A stretch of 64,000 bases of DNA from an uncultured Oscillospiraceae bacterium (GCA_964369235.1 CAYJEQ010000005.1:2464-66463); one strand, 5' to 3'. Numbered from the stretch's first letter, positions 45,135 through 56,647 are shown. Notes: generated by a model from the sequence alone, not told the origin. Numbers and translations are program-made.

Positions 45135-47215
45135 TACTCCTTAACTCCTTTTTCAAAGCCACAACCTTCTTTTAGACAGTGGATTTTACCTAGTTTACCC
45201 ATCTTTCTAAATAGTGTTGAGCTACACTTAGGACAGCTGTCTTCTAAAGGTTTGTCCCAAGTCATAAAGTTACAGTTAGGATATCCAGAACAACCAAAGA
45301 ATGCCTTGCCTTTTTTGGATTTCTGTGCAACTATTTTATTACCACAAATCGGACAGTTACCTGGGGTTTCTTGTACGATTTTCTTGGTGTTTTTACACTC
45401 TGGGAACCCTGGACAAGCTAGGAATTTACCAAATCTACCGATTTTGATAACCATGTTTTTACCACATAGTTCACATACAATATCAGTTTCTTCTTCTGGC
45501 ACCTTCATACGGGTACCTTCCATGGTTTTTTCTGCTTTTTCCAATGTTTTGGAGAAATCACTGTAGAAGTTTTCCAGTGTTTTAACCCATTTTGCTTTCC
45601 CTAGCTCAACATTATCAAGGTTTTTCTCCATCTTTGCTGTAAACTCTACATCTACGATATTTGCAAACTGCTCTTCCATTAACTGAGTTGTTACCTCACC
45701 TAAAGCTGTAGGTTTAAGGGCTTTACCCTCACGCTCTACATAGCTTCTTGCAATAACTGTTGTAATTGTTGGTGCGTAGGTAGATGGTCTACCTATTCCG
45801 TTTTCTTCTAGGGTTTTAATAAGTGATGCCTCGGTATATCTTGCCGGTGGCTGGGTAAAATGCTGATTAGGTGCTAGGTCTTTAACCCCTAGTGGCATAT
45901 CTTTTTCAATTGGAGGTAGTGCGCCACTATCCTCATCTGCTTCGTCCTTGCCTTCTTCGTATAGCACTGTAAAACCATCGAATTTAACTGTATATCCTGA
46001 AGCCTTAAAGTTATACTCTCCTGCCCCAATATCAGCAGAAACAGTATCCATTAGGGCATTAGCCATCTGGCTGGCAATAAATCTCTCCCAGATTAGCTTG
46101 TACAGCTTGTACTGGTCGGTAGTTAGACTAGCCTTAACCATATCAGGTGTTAGAGAAATCATTGTAGGTCTAACAGCTTCGTGGGCATCCTGTGCAGCTG
46201 ATTTAGACTTGTAAACACGCTTGGTGCTTGGCAGATAGTCTTTTGAGTACTTATTTGTGATGAAATCCTCTGCTTCTTTAACAGCGTCATCGGATATTCT
46301 TAGGGAGTCTGTTCTCATATAGGTAATAAGACCTACTGTGCCATGTTCAGGTACATCTACACCTTCGTATAGCTCCTGTGCTGCCTTCATTGTTCTTCTA
46401 GCCTGAAAACCTAGCTTTCTTGATGCTTCCTGCTGTAGTGTGGAGGTGGTAAATGGTGGTGCTGGGGATTTTTTTCTAACACCCTTCTTTACAGCTGTTA
46501 CGATAAATTTAGCATCTGCTAGATCCTTCATAATCTGCTCAGCTTCTTCACCAGAGGTAATCTCAATCTTTTCGCCATTTTTGCTGTGTAGCTTAGAGGC
46601 AAAGGCTTTCTTACTGCCTTTAGCTGTTAGCTTTGCATCTATTGTCCAGTATTCTTCTGATTTAAAGGCTGCAATAGCTCGCTCCATGTCCACAATTAGC
46701 TTAACTACAACCGACTGTACTCTACCAGCAGAAAGGCCTTTTCTCACCTTTCTCCACAGGAATGGAGATAGCTGATAACCTACTATTCTGTCTAGTATTC
46801 TTCTTGCCTGCTGTGCATTAACTAAATCCTGATCAATAGTTCTAGGATTAGCCATACCGGACTGTACACCTGTTTTGGTAATTTCATTAAAGGTAATTCG
46901 GTTGGTGTCATTAATATCCAGCCCTAATATGTGAGCAAGATGCCATGAAATAGCCTCTCCCTCTCTATCGGGGTCGGTTGCTAGGTATACTTTTTGGCTT
47001 ACTGTTGCTTGGTGCTTTAGTGTTTTGATAAGGTCTTCCTTACCTTTTATATTTACATATTTAGGTGTAAATTCATTTTCTACATCTACGCCAATCTTAC
47101 TTTTTGGCAGATCTCTAATATGTCCGTTAGAGGCAAGTACCTCAAAATCTTCCCCTAAAAACTTCTTAATAGTTTTTGCTTTAGCTGGGGATTCCACGAT
47201 TACTAAATTAGACAT
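45134..47215 (-). CDS. topA: DNA topoisomerase I
   Basis: 693 aa with a TOPRIM N-terminus (LVIVESPAKAKTI), the active-site region YMRTDS, and three C-terminal Cys4 zinc ribbons. Confidence 0.97.
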   Translation of the reverse strand: MSNLVIVESPAKAKTIKKFLGEDFEVLASNGHIRDLPKSKIGVDVENEFTPKYVNIKGKEDLIKTLKHQATVSQKVYLATDPDREGEAISWHLAHILGLDINDTNRITFNEITKTGVQSGMANPRTIDQDLVNAQQARRILDRIVGYQLSPFLWRKVRKGLSAGRVQSVVVKLIVDMERAIAAFKSEEYWTIDAKLTAKGSKKAFASKLHSKNGEKIEITSGEEAEQIMKDLADAKFIVTAVKKGVRKKSPAPPFTTSTLQQEASRKLGFQARRTMKAAQELYEGVDVPEHGTVGLITYMRTDSLRISDDAVKEAEDFITNKYSKDYLPSTKRVYKSKSAAQDAHEAVRPTMISLTPDMVKASLTTDQYKLYKLIWERFIASQMANALMDTVSADIGAGEYNFKASGYTVKFDGFTVLYEEGKDEADEDSGALPPIEKDMPLGVKDLAPNQHFTQPPARYTEASLIKTLEENGIGRPSTYAPTITTVIARSYVEREGKALKPTALGEVTTQLMEEQFANIVDVEFTAKMEKNLDNVELGKAKWVKTLENFYSDFSKTLEKAEKTMEGTRMKVPEEETDIVCELCGKNMVIKIGRFGKFLACPGFPECKNTKKIVQETPGNCPICGNKIVAQKSKKGKAFFGCSGYPNCNFMTWDKPLEDSCPKCSSTLFRKMGKLGKIHCLKEGCGFEKGVKE

Positions 47216-47306
47216 TATTTCACCTTTCCTTTCCTTGTGCTAGATACCTTATATTACTACAAAGCATCTAATACTTTCTTATATTAAACCTTAATAGGGA
47301 TTTATC

Positions 47307-48500
47307 TTAAATTTTCTCTATGATTGAGTAACTGCCTTTATCACTTCTCTTTATTATCGACTTAATTTCTAGTTGGGTAAGGTGGGATAACACATCCTTT
47401 ATAGAAATTGATGTTATATCGGATATTTCGTCAGCCCTTAACTCATCTACAATCAGTGCTGTGCAGATAATTTCTTCTAACTCTGATAAATCTTTTGGCA
47501 GTGATACTTTAACTATTGCTTTTTCCTGCTTCACAGAAGTTTTGTCCTTTGATTTAGGTTTTTTTACAGGATCCTTTACCTCTTTTGCTATCTCTTGATA
47601 GTTTAGGTTATACTGATAATGGTCTAAATATTCCTCTAATACATCATTGGGATGGCACAGAGGCTTTGCACCTTGTTTTATCAGATTATTTGTGCCTGCT
47701 GAGGTTTTAGAAAATATACTCCCCGGCACTGCAAATACATCTCTATTCTGGTTAAGTCCATGAGTTGCCGTAATTAGTGAGCCACTTTTTTCGTCAGCTT
47801 CTATTACACAGATACCTTTTGCTATGCCAGATAATATTCTATTACGCACTGGGAAATGTTTACCCACTGCTGGGGTTTCTGGTGGATGTTCTGATAGGAT
47901 AGCACCATTACCTGCTAGGATTTTATGATAGATTTCCTCACTGGCTGTGGGATAGATTACATCTACACCACTACCTAGTACCGATACCACCTTACCACCC
48001 TGTTCTATGGCGCCTTCTAGACAGATTGTGTCTATTCCGTCTGCCATTCCACTGATAATTACAGCACCGGCAGCCGATAGACCTGAGGCAATTAACTTCC
48101 CTGCAACTAATCCGTATTTACTGGCATCTCTTGTGCCTACCATAGCTATAGGTAGCTTACTATTAAGGTCTGGTAATGTTCCCAGTCCATATAGTAATAC
48201 TGGTGGCCCATAGATATGTGCTAGTCGTCTTGGAAAAGCTTCATCTTCCGGTGTTATTATAAAACCGCCTAGATTTCTCATCTGCTCTATTATCTCTCTA
48301 GGTCGAGTAAGGTCGACGGCCTTAAACTTAGTTATTTCTCCTATGGTAAGTATACCATATTCCTTTAACTGGCTTTCGCTAGACTCATAGATGGTTTTAG
48401 GTGAGGGGATTACCTCAAGAATACCTGCAGCTCGTACACTGCCTGGATGAAAAAACAAAGAAAACCATATATGATAAATTTTATCTTCCAGTGTACCCAT
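47307..48500 (-). CDS. dprA: DNA processing protein DprA (Smf)
   Basis: 397 aa with a Rossmann-like DprA core (MVGTRDASKYG...GMADGIDT) and a C-terminal winged-helix-like region. Confidence 0.88.
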   Translation of the reverse strand: MGTLEDKIYHIWFSLFFHPGSVRAAGILEVIPSPKTIYESSESQLKEYGILTIGEITKFKAVDLTRPREIIEQMRNLGGFIITPEDEAFPRRLAHIYGPPVLLYGLGTLPDLNSKLPIAMVGTRDASKYGLVAGKLIASGLSAAGAVIISGMADGIDTICLEGAIEQGGKVVSVLGSGVDVIYPTASEEIYHKILAGNGAILSEHPPETPAVGKHFPVRNRILSGIAKGICVIEADEKSGSLITATHGLNQNRDVFAVPGSIFSKTSAGTNNLIKQGAKPLCHPNDVLEEYLDHYQYNLNYQEIAKEVKDPVKKPKSKDKTSVKQEKAIVKVSLPKDLSELEEIICTALIVDELRADEISDITSISIKDVLSHLTQLEIKSIIKRSDKGSYSIIEKI

Positions 48501-48512
48501 TAGTATTCCCTC

Positions 48513-49322
48513 CTATCTGCGTCTATATAACTCCCATGCAATTATAGAAGCCGCTACCGAAGCATTTAAAGATTCTGAACCTTCTGCCATAGGTATAATT
48601 ACCTGATGATCCAGTAAGTTTACTTCCTCTTTAGATAGTCCTCTGCCTTCGTTACCAATGGCAAAGCACACACCTTTAGGAAAATTAGTTTCATTAATAT
48701 TTGTAGCTATAGGACTTAGCACTGCACCGTATAAGGTGATACCTTTATTTTGTAGCAATGTTTTAGCTGTAGCTAGGTCTTTAACTGATATAATATTAGT
48801 TTTGGCTATGCCACCCATAGTGGAACGGATAACCTTAGGACTGTATATGTCTGGGCAATCCTCTGTCATTATTATACCATCAATGCCAAAAGCCCCACAA
48901 GAACGAATTATCGTACCTATATTACCTGGATCCTGTAAGGAACACAGAATTATATAGTTACCATTATTTAAGATTTCCCCACTGGAATTTCCATTGGAAT
49001 TCCAATTGTTTTCTGCTATTTTGCAGACAGCATATATCCCTTGAGGGGATTTAGTGTCGGATATTTTCTCGCTAATAGACTGGGTAATTTCATAAATATT
49101 TTCGGTTTGTGGCAGTAGTTTTGACAATATATCCTCGTAGGTAGCTGCTGCTTCCTTTGTAAGATATATTTCCTGTGGTATAAATCCTGATAGAGCATAG
49201 TCCAGTGCAAGTCTTGCCCCTTCAACGACGAATAGACCTTTATCCCTTCTAGCTTTCCTAGAGGATAAAAGCCTTACAAGCTCTTTTACCTTTTCATTTG
49301 AATTTGAGGTGATTTTTTGCAA
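48513..49322 (-). CDS. TrmH/SpoU-family RNA 2'-O-methyltransferase
   Basis: 269 aa with SPOUT motifs (QDPGNIGTIIRS, AIGNEGRGLS, IPMAEGSESLNASVAASI). Confidence 0.85.
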   Translation of the reverse strand: MQKITSNSNEKVKELVRLLSSRKARRDKGLFVVEGARLALDYALSGFIPQEIYLTKEAAATYEDILSKLLPQTENIYEITQSISEKISDTKSPQGIYAVCKIAENNWNSNGNSSGEILNNGNYIILCSLQDPGNIGTIIRSCGAFGIDGIIMTEDCPDIYSPKVIRSTMGGIAKTNIISVKDLATAKTLLQNKGITLYGAVLSPIATNINETNFPKGVCFAIGNEGRGLSKEEVNLLDHQVIIPMAEGSESLNASVAASIIAWELYRRR

Positions 49323-49361
49323 TGTGCTATCATGCCTTTCTAATTATATCATTTATTATTA

Positions 49362-49388
49362 CAAAAAACGCCCGCTGTGGCGGGCGTT
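49362..49388 (-). terminator. Intrinsic terminator after rplT
   Basis: Minus strand reads aacgcccgc-caca-gcgggcgtTTTTTTG. It lies 10 nt after the rplT stop. Confidence 0.85.
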
Positions 49389-49397
49389 AATAAACAA

Positions 49398-49751
49398 TTA
49401 TAGAGCAGCCTTAGCTTTTTCTACAAGAGCTGTAAATGCAGCTGGATCGTTTATAGCGATTTCAGATAGCATCTTACGGTTTAGTGTGATGCCTGCCTTC
49501 TTTAGGCCGTTCATGAATGTAGAGTAGTTCATTTCATTCATTCTTGCAGCCGCAGAAATTCTTGTAATCCAAAGGCTTCTGAAATCTCTCTTCTTATGCT
49601 TTCTACCGATGTAAGCATATTTACCGGATTTCATTACCGCCTGCTTAGCTGTTTTAAATAGTCTGCTTTTTGCGCCGTAGTAACCCTTAGCAAGTTTAAG
49701 TGTTTTCTTTCTTCTCTTGCGGGTCATCATTGCTCCTTTAACACGAGCCAT
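49398..49751 (-). CDS. rplT: 50S ribosomal protein L20
   Basis: 117 aa starting [16 protein letters not shown]. Confidence 0.97.
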   Translation of the reverse strand: MARVKGAMMTRKRRKKTLKLAKGYYGAKSRLFKTAKQAVMKSGKYAYIGRKHKKRDFRSLWITRISAAARMNEMNYSTFMNGLKKAGITLNRKMLSEIAINDPAAFTALVEKAKAAL

Positions 49752-49791
49752 ATCTATTTACCTCCGTTTGGAATCTTATTTTTTGTAATTC

Positions 49792-49989
49792 TTATTTGTA
49801 TGGGATTAGCAGTTTAACTGCCTTTACATTTGTGAAATCAGCATAAGCTGCTTTTCTTAGTGCTCTTTTACGCTTAGTAGATTTCTTAGTTAGAATATGT
49901 CTTCTATTTGTGCGTGCGCGCTTAACCTTCCCGTTTTTTGTTAGCTTAAAGCGCTTTTTAGCACCACTGTGTGTCTTTAGCTTTGGCAT
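49792..49989 (-). CDS. rpmI: 50S ribosomal protein L35
   Basis: 65 aa starting [17 protein letters not shown]. Confidence 0.97.
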   Translation of the reverse strand: MPKLKTHSGAKKRFKLTKNGKVKRARTNRRHILTKKSTKRKRALRKAAYADFTNVKAVKLLIPYK

Positions 49990-50007
49990 TTTAAGTTCCT
50001 CCTTGTG

Positions 50008-50529
50008 TTATTTAGCGGGCTTTGCTGTTAGGAACATCAGCATACTGCGTCCTTCTAGCTTTGCTGGTTTCTCTACATTAGCATATTCAGAACAGCTTTC
50101 TGCAAAGCGAGTCATAATGGTGTGACCCAGTTCTGGATGTGCCATCTCACGACCTCTAAATCTAATAGAAACCTTAACCTTGTTACCCTGGCTTAAGAAC
50201 TTAAGCGCATGGTTAAGTTTTGTGTTAAAGTCATGGGTATCGATATTAAGTGATAGTCTAATCTCTTTTGTTTCGATAACCTTTTGATTTTTCTTTGCTT
50301 CCTTCTCCTTCTTAGCCTGCTCAAATTTGTATTTACCATAGTCCATTACTCTACAAACTGGCGGTGTTGCTTGAGGAGCGATTTTAACAAGATCCAGATT
50401 TTTTTCGATAGCGATTTTCATAGCTTCTTTAGTAGCTACTATACCTAGCTGACTACCATCTGCACCAATCAACCTAACTTCTTTATCTCTGATTTCTTCG
50501 TTAATCATCAGTTCTTTATTGTTGCTAAT
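50008..50529 (-). CDS. infC: Translation initiation factor IF-3, probable ATT start
   Basis: The IF-3 core is INEEIRDKEVRLIGADGSQLGI. The TTG start in the ORF track (50544) sits inside the GGAGG RBS. An in-frame ATT at 50529 lies 8 nt after GGAGG. Confidence 0.85.
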   Translation of the reverse strand: MSNNKELMINEEIRDKEVRLIGADGSQLGIVATKEAMKIAIEKNLDLVKIAPQATPPVCRVMDYGKYKFEQAKKEKEAKKNQKVIETKEIRLSLNIDTHDFNTKLNHALKFLSQGNKVKVSIRFRGREMAHPELGHTIMTRFAESCSEYANVEKPAKLEGRSMLMFLTAKPAK

Positions 50530-50544
50530 TGTGAGCACCTCCAA

Positions 50545-50725
50545 TACCCTAAATAAAATTTTAAACCTGTATTATCACAAAAAGATAAGGTGCGAAGTGA
50601 AAACTTCGCACCAGCAATACTAATTATAAGAGTTAAACTCTAAAAATTTAGATATTGACCTTGTGTCATCCTATCATGCACAGGTGAGGGAGTGTTCTCC
50701 CTTCTTTGTTTTCTAAAATATTATA
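50545..50725 (-). promoter_or_regulatory. L20-type ribosomal-protein leader with an attenuator terminator upstream of infC
   Basis: The leader is about 180 nt. It contains GGGAGAACACTCCC and, about 50 nt before the infC start, GGTGCGAAGT-tttc-ACTTCGCACC followed by TTATCTTTTTG (50577-50612). Confidence 0.6.
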
Positions 50726-50751
50726 TCAGCTTATTTCCTGTTTGTCAACAG

Positions 50752-51558
50752 TTATTTTCCAAGTTCATAAGCTTTTTTGATTGTTTTATCAAAACAATCG
50801 GAAATCATACTGTCTAAACCTGACTGTTCAAGGGATTTAACCCCCTGTATAGTAGCGCCACCTGGTGTGCATACCATCTCTATAAGATCCTCTAAGCTGT
50901 GGTCGGTTTCTGCTATCATCTTAGCAGAACCAATCATTGCATGAGCAAATAGCTGTTTAGCTTCTTCTCTATCCAGACCAATTTCCTCAGCTTTGTTTAC
51001 TACCGATAAAGCCCAGCGATAAACAAAAGCACAAGCGCTGCTGTTTACCGGAATAACTTCCTTCATTAGGCTTTCTGGTAGCTCATTAGTATGTCCTGCT
51101 GCATTAAATAATGATGTTACAAAGGCAAACTCCTCTTTGGTAGTAGGCTCTATATTAGCTAATGCTGTAGAGGAATAACCAATGCTTAGTGGGGTATTAG
51201 GCATAACCAGCACCACCTTAGTGTCACTGCTAGTGCGCTCTTTAATAAACTTTGAGGTTATACCTGCTGCTATGGAGATAATAACCTGATCTTTTTCTAG
51301 GATTGGTTTTATAAGCTCTAAAACTTCACCAAAATTCTGCGGGTACACACAAATCATAATATTCTGGCAGTTTTCTGCCACCTGTAGTATATCATCTGTA
51401 GTGTTAAATCCCTGATTATTTAAAAAACCCAGTCTTTCAGAATTTTTATCACATAGTAGCATCTCACTATAATCTAACACTTTCCCTGTGATTATCCCTC
51501 TAGCAATGGCATAAGCCATATTTCCACTGCCGATAAAACCTAATTTATACTGCTTCAT
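50752..51558 (-). CDS. proC: Pyrroline-5-carboxylate reductase
   Basis: 268 aa with a GFIGSGNMAYAIARG NADP site and a C-terminal VCTPGGATIQG motif. Confidence 0.9.
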   Translation of the reverse strand: MKQYKLGFIGSGNMAYAIARGIITGKVLDYSEMLLCDKNSERLGFLNNQGFNTTDDILQVAENCQNIMICVYPQNFGEVLELIKPILEKDQVIISIAAGITSKFIKERTSSDTKVVLVMPNTPLSIGYSSTALANIEPTTKEEFAFVTSLFNAAGHTNELPESLMKEVIPVNSSACAFVYRWALSVVNKAEEIGLDREEAKQLFAHAMIGSAKMIAETDHSLEDLIEMVCTPGGATIQGVKSLEQSGLDSMISDCFDKTIKKAYELGK

Positions 51559-51622
51559 AATAACCCTACCCTTCTATTATTAGCTAAATTTACCCTCTAT
51601 TTAACAGGAGAAATTTAATCTA

Positions 51623-52978
51623 TTAAGCTAGTGCTGCCTTAATCATAATAGCACACTCTACTCTTTTCTTTTCCATTTCACAAGCTATGGAGTGAGGTTT
51701 TAGGATATCTCCCTGATACTGCTGATTGTTTGCATTACAACCACCACTACAGTAAAACTTTGCCCAGCAGTCTTCACAGTCGATTTTATCATAAACTGTA
51801 GCGTGAGCAAATTGATCCTTAATCTCCTCATCAATAGATAGGTCGTGAACACTGCCTATCTGCCAGTCATCCATACCTACAAACTGATGACATGGGTATA
51901 CATCACCATCTGGAGTAATAGCTACATATTCATTACCACAACCACAACCCCTTAGACGCTTAATAGCACATGGTCCCTGCTCTAGGTCTAGCATAAAGTG
52001 GAAGAAGTTAAAGGCATCGCCCTTTTCTTCTTTGTCTATCATAATCTTTGCCAGTCTTTCGTACTCAGCAAAAACCTCTGGCATATCTGCTTCGGTTAGA
52101 GAATATGGTAGCTCAGGCCTTGACACTACTGGCTCTACGCTAATCTGATCAAAGCCTAAGCTATTAAGATGTAGCACATCTTCTGCAAAGTCCTTATTGT
52201 ACTTTGTAAATGTACCTCTTACATAGTAATTGTCATGACCTCGTTTATCAACAAGTTTCTGGAATTTAGGCATAATTGTTTCGTAGCAACCTCTGCCGTC
52301 AACTCTTGAACGAACCTTGTCATTTACCTCTGGTCTACCGTCAATAGATAGTACCACATTGCTCATTTCTTTATTAATGAAATCTATCTTGTCATCATCT
52401 AGTAGCAGTCCATTTGTTGTAATGGTAAATCTAAAGGTTTTATCATATTCCTTTTCCTTGCTTCTAGCGTATTTAACAACTTCTTTTACTACATCAAAAT
52501 TCATCAGTGGCTCTCCACCGAAAAAGTCTAACTCTAGATTATGTCTACCTTCAGAATATTTTAGCAGATAGTCAATAGCTTTAAGACCTATTTCCAGTGG
52601 CATTATCTGTCTGCCTTCATGGTAGTCACCCTTACCAGCAAAACAGTATTCACAGCGAAGATTACAGTCGTGGGCAATATGTAGGCACATTGCTTTAACT
52701 GGGGATTTTACCATCATGTCGGAGAACTTGCGATAATCGTCTACTGAATATAGCTGTTCTAGTTTTATTAGGTTTTTAATCTCCTCTGCAGATTCCTTTA
52801 GCTCTAAAGCATCAAACTTGCCTTCAAGCTTTACTACTGCCTCATCAATCTGGGCATCTGTTGGACATGACTCAAAGTGATTTAGCAGTTCATAGGTAAC
52901 ATCATCCACTACATGGATTGCACCACTATTTACATCTAAAACAATATTGTAGCCATTAAGACTGTACTTATGTATCAT
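51623..52978 (-). CDS. scfB: Radical SAM/SPASM maturase of the SCIFF peptide
   Basis: 451 aa with a CNLRCEYC radical SAM motif and a Cys-rich C-terminal SPASM region (CGCGNEY...CHQF...CEDCWAKFYCSGGC). It lies immediately downstream of the SCIFF precursor. Confidence 0.85.
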   Translation of the reverse strand: MIHKYSLNGYNIVLDVNSGAIHVVDDVTYELLNHFESCPTDAQIDEAVVKLEGKFDALELKESAEEIKNLIKLEQLYSVDDYRKFSDMMVKSPVKAMCLHIAHDCNLRCEYCFAGKGDYHEGRQIMPLEIGLKAIDYLLKYSEGRHNLELDFFGGEPLMNFDVVKEVVKYARSKEKEYDKTFRFTITTNGLLLDDDKIDFINKEMSNVVLSIDGRPEVNDKVRSRVDGRGCYETIMPKFQKLVDKRGHDNYYVRGTFTKYNKDFAEDVLHLNSLGFDQISVEPVVSRPELPYSLTEADMPEVFAEYERLAKIMIDKEEKGDAFNFFHFMLDLEQGPCAIKRLRGCGCGNEYVAITPDGDVYPCHQFVGMDDWQIGSVHDLSIDEEIKDQFAHATVYDKIDCEDCWAKFYCSGGCNANNQQYQGDILKPHSIACEMEKKRVECAIMIKAALA

Positions 52979-53086
52979 TATATGACCGAACCTTTCTGTG
53001 AGCTTTTAGCTTTGTATATAATTTTTAAAAGCTATTCTCTATATAAATATCTCATTTACTTTTTATGTATTTTCTATCTTTAAACG

Positions 53087-53119
53087 CAAAAAATTTAGGG
53101 ACATGAATGCCCCTAAATT
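53087..53119 (-). terminator. Hairpin plus U-run between scfA and scfB (partial terminator/attenuator)
   Basis: Minus strand reads aatttaggg-gcattcatgt-ccctaaattTTTTGCG. It starts 13 nt after the scfA stop. Confidence 0.6.
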
Positions 53120-53131
53120 AGAAAACCGTAA

Positions 53132-53275
53132 TTAGTTTTTCTTTTCGCATTTCTGGTTTGCTACTGTGCAAGAAGTTTTGCAAGCAGACTGGCAGGATGC
53201 TTGACATTCGCCACAACCGCCAACTACAGCAGTTTCTTTAAGATTTGGTTTGTTTAGTGTTTTAATATGTTTCAT
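53132..53275 (-). CDS. scfA: SCIFF ribosomal peptide precursor (six cysteines in forty-five residues family)
   Basis: This ORF is not in the ORF track because it is too short. The hand translation is MKHIKTLNKPNLKETAVVGGCGECQASCQSACKTSCTVANQKCEKKN (47 aa, 6 Cys). A GGGAG RBS lies 8 nt upstream. Confidence 0.88.
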   Translation of the reverse strand: MKHIKTLNKPNLKETAVVGGCGECQASCQSACKTSCTVANQKCEKKN

Positions 53276-53307
53276 GTATAAAACTCCCTTTCATATGGAT
53301 ATGTCTG

Positions 53308-53336
53308 CATTATACCATATAATAATCCATTGTGCA
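53308..53336 (-). promoter_or_regulatory. Near-consensus sigma-A promoter for scfA
   Basis: Minus strand reads TTGCAC, then 17 nt, then TATAAT. It lies about 30 nt upstream of the scfA ATG. Confidence 0.6.
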
Positions 53337-53394
53337 ATATTTATAAGAAATTTTTTATAAATTTGCTAAGCAATATAACAATTTGCTTTATGAA

Positions 53395-53817
53395 TTATCC
53401 TCGCTTTTTTATCTTAGGTCGCTTATATATCCTATTAACACCGATAATTCCACCTATACCGCCTGATATAGTGATAAGGAATAGCTTTACCATCATGTCG
53501 GGAATATTATTGTTTTCGCTAAATATCAGGGATATTATAATACAAAAAACATACATAAGCCCTGATACAGCTACACCCATAATTAGCCCGTCTTCTTTGG
53601 TTTTACTAGATATGTAGTAGCCTCCTAGTAAACCACCTAATATTAACCCTACTACCGATAGCTGGCTATACCATGCTGTAGTTAGGGTAAATCCTACAGT
53701 TACCATGGCTATAATAAGGAAAACCATAGCCACTGCCGCTAACTGTATACCTAGACTTTTTAGTATATAGCTAACTACTCCATCTTTTTTTAAACCTTTC
53801 ATAAAAAAACCTCCCAT
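53395..53817 (-). CDS. Small four-TM membrane protein, unknown function
   Basis: 140 aa with four hydrophobic segments and a basic C-terminus (RPKIKKRG). It lies between yajC and scfA. Confidence 0.6.
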   Translation of the reverse strand: MGGFFMKGLKKDGVVSYILKSLGIQLAAVAMVFLIIAMVTVGFTLTTAWYSQLSVVGLILGGLLGGYYISSKTKEDGLIMGVAVSGLMYVFCIIISLIFSENNNIPDMMVKLFLITISGGIGGIIGVNRIYKRPKIKKRG

Positions 53818-53856
53818 AACATCTTTTTATATAAAGATATTATAGGAAGTTCAGTT

Positions 53857-54165
53857 TTATGCTTCTTCTTTATTAACTATTTTTGTCTGGATAGCCCATT
53901 TAGCAATTCTTACCTTGCTTCTGTCACTACCTGTTTCGATAACAAGAGTATCTTCCTTAACACCAATAACGATACCAATGATACCACCGATTGTGATAAC
54001 TTCATCACCAATCTCAATAGCACTACGCATTGCCTGCTGTTCTTTTTCTTTCTTGCGCTGTGGTCTGATTGTTACAAAATACAGTACAGCAAACATCACT
54101 ACAAGAATACCCATCTGTGAGATAAAATCAACACTTGCCACTGATGCAGTCATAAGATTTAACAT
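53857..54165 (-). CDS. yajC: Preprotein translocase subunit YajC
   Basis: 102 aa with a single TM and the motifs RPQRKKEKE and GDEVITIGGIIG. It lies in tgt-yajC synteny. Confidence 0.9.
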   Translation of the reverse strand: MLNLMTASVASVDFISQMGILVVMFAVLYFVTIRPQRKKEKEQQAMRSAIEIGDEVITIGGIIGIVIGVKEDTLVIETGSDRSKVRIAKWAIQTKIVNKEEA

Positions 54166-54292
54166 AATTTATTTCTCCGTTCTAATTGTTCTAGCTTTAC
54201 ATTTTTGTAAAACACGATAGTGAAATTCTACCACATTTTACTTATTAGTGCAAGAAGTAATTGAAAAATTATTTAAAGTATTCTGTTAACTA

Positions 54293-55423
<1,131 letters not shown>

Positions 55424-55512
55424 TTATATAGTTATTCCTTTCTCCCTTGTAGTATTTTGTAACTGTAATCTATTACTTACCAATCACAAACACTACCAAC
55501 TTTCTTTTTCTC

Positions 55513-56541
55513 TTACAATATAATCATGCTATCCCCAAAACTAAAGAAGCGATATTTTTCCTCTACAGCTGTTTTGTAGCAGTTCATAGTATTATCATAA
55601 CCAGCAAAAGCCGATATTAACATTATTAGGGTGCTTTCTGGCAGATGAAAATTAGTGATAATCCCATCTAACACCTTAAACTCATACCCTGGATAGATAA
55701 ATATATCTGTGTCGCCACTCAAGGACACTACTTTACCTTCACAAGCTGAGGCTATGGACTCTAGTGTTCTACAGCTAGTTGTACCAACTGCAATAACTCT
55801 CCCACCATTTCCCTTAGTTTCCTCAATAAGCTTGGCTGTTTCAGGTGGGCAGTAGTAACTTTCACTGTGCATTACATGATCGGTGATTTCATCAGCCTTA
55901 ACAGGTCTAAATGTTCCCAGCCCCACATGTAAAGTTACATAGGCTACATTAACACCTTTTTCCTTTAACTTTTCCATAAGCTCTGGAGTAAAGTGTAGCC
56001 CTGCTGTTGGTGCTGCTGCTGAACCTAACTCTTTAGAGTATACTGTTTGATAGCGTTCTTTATCCTCTAGCTTCTCGGTTATATAATGAGGCAAAGGCAT
56101 TTCTCCCACTTGGTCAAGTACATCATAAAAGTTCCCTTCATAGATAAACTTAACTAGACGATTGCCACCTTCTAGCACCTCTAGTATCTCTGCTTTAAGT
56201 AATCCCTCACCAAAGATAAATACTGCACCTGGCTTTGCTTTCTTACCTGGTTTTACCAGTGTTTCAAATGTATCTATGCCACGCTGTGCCAACAGTAGAA
56301 ACTCCATAGCTCCACCACTGCCCTCTTTATATCCATAAAGTCTAGCAGGCATTACACGAGAATTATTTAGTACTAATAAATCCCCTTTGTCCAGTAAATC
56401 CACTACATGGGTAAAGCTACCGTGTTTTATATCCCCACTATGGCGTGATAGCTGTAAAAGTCTAGAGCTATCTCGTGGATATAGTGGCGTTTGGGCTATA
56501 AGCTCCTCTGGGAGATCATAGTAAAAATCAGATTTTTTCAT
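55513..56541 (-). CDS. queA: S-adenosylmethionine:tRNA ribosyltransferase-isomerase
   Basis: 342 aa starting [20 protein letters not shown], the characteristic QueA N-terminus. Confidence 0.95.
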   Translation of the reverse strand: MKKSDFYYDLPEELIAQTPLYPRDSSRLLQLSRHSGDIKHGSFTHVVDLLDKGDLLVLNNSRVMPARLYGYKEGSGGAMEFLLLAQRGIDTFETLVKPGKKAKPGAVFIFGEGLLKAEILEVLEGGNRLVKFIYEGNFYDVLDQVGEMPLPHYITEKLEDKERYQTVYSKELGSAAAPTAGLHFTPELMEKLKEKGVNVAYVTLHVGLGTFRPVKADEITDHVMHSESYYCPPETAKLIEETKGNGGRVIAVGTTSCRTLESIASACEGKVVSLSGDTDIFIYPGYEFKVLDGIITNFHLPESTLIMLISAFAGYDNTMNCYKTAVEEKYRFFSFGDSMIIL

Positions 56542-56618
56542 AAAATAATAATTTCTTTCCTGTTCTATAAATTCATCAAAAAAATTTTACTTTATCAGTG
56601 TAATACTGTAATATACAT

Positions 56619-56647
56619 TTGACACTGGTTGTATTAAATGATATTAT
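56619..56647 (+). promoter_or_regulatory. Sigma-A promoter upstream of asd
   Basis: TTGACA, then 17 nt, then TATTAT. It leaves a leader of about 165 nt before the asd ATG. Confidence 0.5.
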
